Source: an uncultured Rhodospirillaceae bacterium
Lineage (GTDB): Bacteria > Pseudomonadota > Alphaproteobacteria > GCA-2731375
DNA length: 53,825 nucleotides
Reading direction: 5' to 3'
NCBI GenBank assembly: GCA_964507245.1
Contig: CAZDQC010000002.1
Location: forward strand, 2,285-56,109
The notes under the pieces are model-generated. The model did not search any database, was not told where the DNA came from, and saw only the letters and a list, made by a program, of their open reading frames with translations. Below are positions 48,659 through 53,825 of this stretch, in pieces. How positions within the stretch are numbered: position 1 is the first letter of the stretch; each line of letters starts with the position of its first letter. The translations under genes and the position numbers were made by a program.

Positions 48659-49396
48659 TTGGAAACGCCGCTTGAGCCGCTGTCTCATGTTGAGCGGCGC
48701 ACCCACGATCCTGTGCCACCTAACTATCTGCGGGACGATGTCACGAAATTGTTCAATACCTTAGGCAGCGGTGGCGTAGCAATTGCCCCGTTGGATGTCG
48801 CCTACGCCATCCTGGCCGCCACACCCCAGGGGATCCGCCGTATCTTCGATGCCAAAAGCCGCTCTTATGAGAAACCCAGTGGCATGTTTGGAAATATTAA
48901 CATGTCCGCCGCTCTGCACATAATGGATACGGACCGCCATGTAATGGTTCAGCAGATGGTGGAGGCGGTCGGCCTTCCATTTTCCGTAGTCGCACCGTTT
49001 CGTGAAGATCATCCCTTCTTAGCCAAGGTCGATCCCTTTGTCCTGCAATCTTCATCCAAAGCTGGTACGTTGGACATGTTATTGAACGCCGGGCAGATGC
49101 ATGACGAAATCGCCCGCCAAGCGTTGGAACGGAATATGCCGGTGTTCGGATCGTCTGCTAACCTATCACTCTTAGGCAGCAAGTATCGGTTGGCGGATAT
49201 CGATGCTGTGGTGCGTGAAGCGGCCGACATCGCCTTTGATTACGGCTTATCGCAATATGCTAACCATCAGGGGCGTTCCTCGACTATCATCGATTTTCGA
49301 GATTTTTCGGTGATCCGGGTAGGAGTGCAGTACCAACGATTGGCAGGGGCCTTCAAGGATCGGTTTGACGTAACGCTGAAGGAACAATCGGCATGA
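48659..49396 (+). CDS. Divergent Sua5/YrdC (TsaC-fold) family protein
   Basis: GGVAIAP.D.AY, IFDAK.R...KP, GSSAN.S, SSTIID. Canonical PTETVYGL is replaced by PLDVAYAI. Start uncertain. Confidence 0.8.
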   Translation: METPLEPLSHVERRTHDPVPPNYLRDDVTKLFNTLGSGGVAIAPLDVAYAILAATPQGIRRIFDAKSRSYEKPSGMFGNINMSAALHIMDTDRHVMVQQMVEAVGLPFSVVAPFREDHPFLAKVDPFVLQSSSKAGTLDMLLNAGQMHDEIARQALERNMPVFGSSANLSLLGSKYRLADIDAVVREAADIAFDYGLSQYANHQGRSSTIIDFRDFSVIRVGVQYQRLAGAFKDRFDVTLKEQSA

Positions 49397-50028
49397 AGGA
49401 CATATACGAAGACATAGGTTTTGGGGCCTACAAAATTGGGTTCGGTGAACGGCCAGGTATCGCCGTCGTGGATTTTCAAACAGGATTCACCGATGGCAAA
49501 TATACCTTGGGTGGCCGGCCCCTAGTGGAACGTGCGGTGGAAAACACCGCCAAATTGTTAAGCATTGCACGTGCCGCCAATGTGCCCGTGGCAACCTGTT
49601 ATACTGCCTATTCATCTGGCAGGGATGCACCCTACTGGAAAATTCCAACTGTCGTGGAAGAATTTCATCACGGCCATCCTTGCACTGAGTTAGAGCCTCG
49701 GATCTATGACCCGGACTACGACGTGGTATTTTGCAAAACCGGTCCGTCTATCTTTTTCCAGACTGCGATAACTCAGTTTTTCATCAAGGAGCGAGTAGAT
49801 ACGGTGATTATCGCTGGCTGCAACACATCTGGTTGTATTCGCGCTTCGGTTATTGACGCCTTTTCCTTTGGCTTTCGGGTGGCCGTACCCGAGGATTGCG
49901 TTGGTGACGTAGAAGAGGGGCCGCATGAATCCAATCTGTTGGACGTGGGTCGCCGTTATGCGGATGTGGTGAACCTGACTGAGGTGATGGACTATCTTGA
50001 AACCATACGCGGACGGAACGAAGCGTAA
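49393..50028 (+). CDS. Isochorismatase/cysteine hydrolase (N-carbamoylsarcosine amidase/maleamate amidohydrolase-like)
   Basis: Asp-Lys-Cys triad in VVDFQ, K.GPSIF and GCNTSGCIRASVIDA; C-terminal RYADV. ATGA overlap with the upstream gene. Confidence 0.92.
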   Translation: MKDIYEDIGFGAYKIGFGERPGIAVVDFQTGFTDGKYTLGGRPLVERAVENTAKLLSIARAANVPVATCYTAYSSGRDAPYWKIPTVVEEFHHGHPCTELEPRIYDPDYDVVFCKTGPSIFFQTAITQFFIKERVDTVIIAGCNTSGCIRASVIDAFSFGFRVAVPEDCVGDVEEGPHESNLLDVGRRYADVVNLTEVMDYLETIRGRNEA

Positions 50029-50056
50029 AATTTGATGAGGGAGCGCAAGTCGTAGA

Positions 50057-51136
50057 GTGGACAGTCGTTCGGTCATATTTATCGAAGTCATGGCGGCTAT
50101 CGCCGTTGTCGGTGTCTTGGCGTTTCTAATTTTTCTTATTGGGCGGGCCGTGTCCCTGTCGCGGGACGGGTCGGCCGGCGGCACGGTTGGCGGTGTCGCT
50201 GGCCGTTGGTATCAATATCTGCTAGCTGCTATTTTGCTACTTGTAGCGATTATTCTAGGCGTATGGCAGTTTTCCACAGAAGGGCTGTTGGGTCAGGCAG
50301 CAGATTGGCGGGCAGACGGCCGGGCTATTGCCTTTTTTGTTATTATGTTGATTGTTGCCGGCGTTGGGCTGATGGCGTTTATAATCTATCTGATTGTACA
50401 GACGGTGCATCAGGGCGAACAGACACCTCCGCAACACGTTGCTGGCATCGAACTCGGGGCAGGCGAGACGGCTGAGGCAGAGACCCAACCGACGTCTATA
50501 GGCGTGCGCCTGTTGGGACTGTTCGCGCTACTCGTGGCCTTCCTGCTCTTGAACTGGTTTTATTTGTCTGCAGCGGATCAGCATTTTGTCGTCTTGCAAC
50601 TAATTTATCCTGCCGCCCTGGCGGTGGCGCTGGTGCTGCTGTTTGACAAGGCGGCACGTGGCTGGAACGTCAAAGGCGGGGCAGAGAATTTCCGGGAATG
50701 GTTGTTGTGTGACGCGGTCACATTCCTTTTGATCCTTGGTTTCCTGAATTTGCGACAATATGGCGGTGGTGAGAAATACGCCTCCATGTTCTGGGATGTC
50801 CTTTATATCGCTCTGTTTTTCGTGATTTTCTGGATATTGGACCGAACCCTGACGCGATTTCGCTTCCTTATGGCCCATGTCTATCTGATAGCCTTGCCCA
50901 TCCTATTGTTGATCTGGCGCACGGTACAAGGCATGACCATGGCGCCTGAGCTGTCGTGGTGGAGCACCATCTGGCCGTTCTTCTTTTTGGCCATTATTGC
51001 TTTTGTGCTGGAAATCATCGTGATCCTGTTGCAGGGCGGTGAAAATAAGCATGGCCTGGGCGCTATCAAGGATACACTCTATGTGGCGGTATATGGCATT
51101 CTGTTGATTGTTGCAGTACCGGAGGCGGTGGCATGA
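50057..51136 (+). CDS. Polytopic membrane protein of unknown family (about 10 TM)
   Basis: 359-aa hydrophobic ORF with GAGGGAG upstream and an ATGA overlap with the amidase. Confidence 0.8.
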   Translation: MDSRSVIFIEVMAAIAVVGVLAFLIFLIGRAVSLSRDGSAGGTVGGVAGRWYQYLLAAILLLVAIILGVWQFSTEGLLGQAADWRADGRAIAFFVIMLIVAGVGLMAFIIYLIVQTVHQGEQTPPQHVAGIELGAGETAEAETQPTSIGVRLLGLFALLVAFLLLNWFYLSAADQHFVVLQLIYPAALAVALVLLFDKAARGWNVKGGAENFREWLLCDAVTFLLILGFLNLRQYGGGEKYASMFWDVLYIALFFVIFWILDRTLTRFRFLMAHVYLIALPILLLIWRTVQGMTMAPELSWWSTIWPFFFLAIIAFVLEIIVILLQGGENKHGLGAIKDTLYVAVYGILLIVAVPEAVA

Positions 51137-52551
51137 GCAATTCTGAACTCGCATTAATGGATATAGCCACTTTGGCACCTTTGATAGAACGGCGTCAGGT
51201 TTCGCCAGTTGAACTAATGGAAAGCCAACTAGCACGCATTGATGCCGTGAACCCAACCCTGAACGCTTATGTTTCATTGTACCCAGACGCTGCCCTTGCT
51301 GCCGCCAAGACGGCAGAAGAGGAGATTGCTGCGGGCAACTATCGAGGACCTTTGCACGGCATTCCTCTTGCGGTGAAAGATCTTTTCCAGGTGGCCGGTA
51401 TGGAGCGCACGTGCGGGTCTAAAATCCTTGCGGAGGGCATCGCCAATACTGATGCCACGTCGGTGGCTCGATTGCGCAATGCCGGCGCTATCATGTTAGG
51501 CCTGTTGAATCTGCATGAATTTGCTTTTGGCCCTACAGGGATAAACCCAATTGTTGGCACCGCCCTCAACCCGTGGGATACGGCTAAAGTATCAGGCGGC
51601 TCATCGTCCGGCTCCGGTTGCGCCACCTCTGCTGCGCTGGCCATGGCGACCCTGGGCAGTGATACAGGCGGATCTATTAGAATACCTGCCGCCTTGTGCG
51701 GCGTCGTCGGTCTCAAACAGACCTACGGTCTCGCGTCTCGTGCCGGAATCTATCCGTTGTGTGAGAGTTTGGATCATGGCGGACCACTGGCCCGTACGGT
51801 TCGCGATGCGGCCCTAGTTTTACAAGCTATTGCCGGCACAGACGAGGCGGACCCGTCTACTGCACACGCGAGGGTGCGAGATTACACATCCGAAATGGAC
51901 CAGCCACTAGCTGGTCTGCGGATCGGCGTGCCGCAGGATTTTTATTTTGACCGCTTGCATCCGGAGATTGAATCGGCAGTAAACGCTGCTATTAAGGTCC
52001 TGGATGATTTAGGCGCATCCGTCGAGGAGGCGGTTCTTCCCTTTAACCGAGAGGCGGTTCAGGGCTGGAACACCATGGCCATGGCCGAAGCCCTGTCCGT
52101 ACATGAAGTGCATCTGCGTGAACGAGGAGATGATCTGTCACCAGATGTGAACGAACGCCTCCGTCTGGGCGAAGGCCTGACCTCAACCGACTTCATCCGA
52201 GCCCGACAGTGTCAGGCTATGGCGCAGCGGGAGATGGCTGGAGTGCTGGAGCAAACGCCTATTCTAGTCATGCCTACAACGGTGATCCCGCCTGTTCCCA
52301 TCGAAACGGGCACAATGATGGTTAATGGCAAGGAGGTCACCGGTTGGCGTGTCCTGGGCCACCTCACGCGCCTGGCCTGTTTCACTGGCCAACCCGCAAT
52401 TTCTATACCGTGCGGCGTTACCGAAGACGGTTTACCCATCGGCCTACAATTGATGGCCGGCTGGTTTGAAGAGCCGGTATTGCTGCAAGTAGCCCACGCC
52501 TACGAACAGGCTACAGAATGGCACCTGCTCAGGCCGCCCCTGGTAAACTAA
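51133..52551 (+). CDS. Amidase signature family protein
   Basis: Lys-cisSer-Ser triad motifs LHGIPLAVKD, GGSSSGSG and GSDTGGSIRIPA; GLPIGLQL. Confidence 0.95.
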   Translation: MSNSELALMDIATLAPLIERRQVSPVELMESQLARIDAVNPTLNAYVSLYPDAALAAAKTAEEEIAAGNYRGPLHGIPLAVKDLFQVAGMERTCGSKILAEGIANTDATSVARLRNAGAIMLGLLNLHEFAFGPTGINPIVGTALNPWDTAKVSGGSSSGSGCATSAALAMATLGSDTGGSIRIPAALCGVVGLKQTYGLASRAGIYPLCESLDHGGPLARTVRDAALVLQAIAGTDEADPSTAHARVRDYTSEMDQPLAGLRIGVPQDFYFDRLHPEIESAVNAAIKVLDDLGASVEEAVLPFNREAVQGWNTMAMAEALSVHEVHLRERGDDLSPDVNERLRLGEGLTSTDFIRARQCQAMAQREMAGVLEQTPILVMPTTVIPPVPIETGTMMVNGKEVTGWRVLGHLTRLACFTGQPAISIPCGVTEDGLPIGLQLMAGWFEEPVLLQVAHAYEQATEWHLLRPPLVN

Positions 52552-52561
52552 GGTAGTAACA

Positions 52562-53416
52562 ATGGGGATCTCCATTACGCCCGTCACTCCGGTATTTGGT
52601 GCCCGGATTACGGGCGTCGATCTTCGCCGGGCTTTGTCGAATGACGATTTTGTGGCAATCCGCGCCGCGCTGGATGAATACTTGGTTATAATTATTTCTG
52701 AGCAGCCGATTACCGACGAACAGCAGATAGCGTTCAGTAAACGGTTTGGTCCTCTAGAAGGCACCCGAGGTGTAAATCCGGGGGCTGGAACGCCGTTTGC
52801 TCGCCAGTCAAATTTGGACATTGAAACCGGTGAGGTCATTCCAGAAAACGACCGACGCATGTTCTACCAGAAAGCAAATATGCTGTGGCATGCCGATAGT
52901 ACGTTCAAGGCTATTCCTTCACTATGTTCAATTCTAACTGCCCGCACTGTCCCGCCTGAAGGTGGGGCGACGGAGTTTGCCTCTACCCGGGCTGCATATA
53001 GATCACTTAGTGATACCAAGAAGCAGGAAATTGAGGAATTGCTCGTTGAGCATGATTTTGCCTATTCCCGCGGGCTGGTTGGATTCAAATTTTCGGCGGA
53101 TGAATCGGCCGGCATGAAACCTGCGCAACACTATTTAGTGCGAACTAACAAGGCTAATGGAAAAAAATCAGTGATGATTGGCGCCCACGCAAAAGTTATT
53201 GTTGGCTGGCCGGAGAATGAAAGCCGAGCTTTGCTCGATGATCTGCTGATGCGCGCGACACGGCCTGAGAATTCCTTTCGTCACCAGTGGCGTGAAGGCG
53301 ATGTTGTGATTTGGGACAATCAAGCTGCTCTGCATCGGGCATCAGAATACGATACGTCACGTCATAAACGCCTGATGCAACGGACGACGATTTCCAGCGG
53401 AGCGATATCCGCATAG
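52562..53416 (+). CDS. TauD/TfdA family Fe(II)/2-oxoglutarate dioxygenase
   Basis: ANMLWHADSTF, GGATEFASTRAAY, WDNQAALHRA, RLMQRTT. Confidence 0.92.
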   Translation: MGISITPVTPVFGARITGVDLRRALSNDDFVAIRAALDEYLVIIISEQPITDEQQIAFSKRFGPLEGTRGVNPGAGTPFARQSNLDIETGEVIPENDRRMFYQKANMLWHADSTFKAIPSLCSILTARTVPPEGGATEFASTRAAYRSLSDTKKQEIEELLVEHDFAYSRGLVGFKFSADESAGMKPAQHYLVRTNKANGKKSVMIGAHAKVIVGWPENESRALLDDLLMRATRPENSFRHQWREGDVVIWDNQAALHRASEYDTSRHKRLMQRTTISSGAISA

Positions 53417-53461
53417 CCACGAGTTCACGACGACCGGGGCCGATTTTCGGTAGAGGTGCGA

Positions 53462-53825
53462 ATGCTGGCGGAACTTTCCGAAGACGAAGCCACAGGAGAG
53501 ATCGCATATATCTATAGCGAAATTCGCCGCCTGTGGGCGGCGCCTTATGTTTCCTCTCTACAGCGCAATCTTGCGACCAAGTTTGGCTGGCTGGAATGGA
53601 CTTGGTCCGCTATCGGACCCGCGTTTTCTTCAGGTGCAGCGCAGAGGGCAGGCTGGGAAATTGCGGCCGATTTGACTCTTCCAAAATTACCACTGGATAG
53701 ACCTGTCTTACCACATCTGGACAAAGTGGATGTTCAGGCGATTGGCGATATCTGTGCTAATTTTGTTCGGGTCGCGCCGGTCAACTTGATGTTCGCAGGT
53801 CTGCTGCGGCAGTTGTTGTTGGGTT
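53462..53825 (+). CDS. DehI-like (group I haloacid dehalogenase-like) helical protein, 3'-truncated by window edge
   Basis: GAGGT RBS; MLAELSEDEATGEIAYIYSEIRRLWAAPYVSSLQRNLAT..GWLEWTW, matching the E.EA.GE...IY..IR.....P.V....R.LA pattern. Frame open to the window end; absent from the ORF track. Confidence 0.65.
   Translation, partial: MLAELSEDEATGEIAYIYSEIRRLWAAPYVSSLQRNLATKFGWLEWTWSAIGPAFSSGAAQRAGWEIAADLTLPKLPLDRPVLPHLDKVDVQAIGDICANFVRVAPVNLMFAGLLRQLLLG

Noticed and set aside
51133-52551. Calling the amidase gatA
   Set aside because: No gatC or gatB adjacent; it has HEFAFG rather than DEFAMG and lacks the GatA RR(I)xxG motif.
1-53825. Many antisense or alternate-frame ORFs (e.g. 18348..19145, 31202..31825, 38278..38832); also CRISPR, tRNA, rRNA, IS and prophage
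   Set aside because: These ORFs overlap well-supported genes and look like shadow frames. No repeat-spacer array, cloverleaf, rRNA, transposase or integrase was recognised by eye.

Overview
Gene-dense chromosomal window from a bacterium of roughly mid-50s %GC. Gene content (split pntAa/pntAb/pntB, gltB-gltD, ATM1-psd-pssA, hspQ, PepF-ABC1 kinase, TacA-type HTH) points to Alphaproteobacteria. About 48 protein genes: central metabolism and housekeeping, a PadR-RND efflux unit, and many catabolic enzymes (three TauD/TfdA dioxygenases including an SdpA-like one, four SDRs, LLM, amidohydrolases, amidase, GMC, PhyH, CoA ligase, DehI-like). No rRNA, tRNA, CRISPR or transposase was seen. Main result: ORFs 8933..9208 and 9302..10582 are in the same frame, separated only by one TGA in the context D-[TGA]-G-S-C-T. 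This indicates a single 549-aa UGSC-family selenoprotein. Its Sec motif resembles that of glycine/proline reductase selenoprotein B, and it is fused to a 'GWTDGLP' domain of unknown function. It is divergent from an LLM-amidohydrolase-CobW-DHDPS-like operon and convergent with the transhydrogenase. Also noted: gene relics missed by the ORF track (IOR N-terminus, DUF2889), a stand-alone TacA-like HTH, a 21-aa five-Cys ORF with a good RBS, and an upp-YrdC-like-amidase-dioxygenase-DehI cluster. All family calls are by motif recognition from memory; no searches were run.
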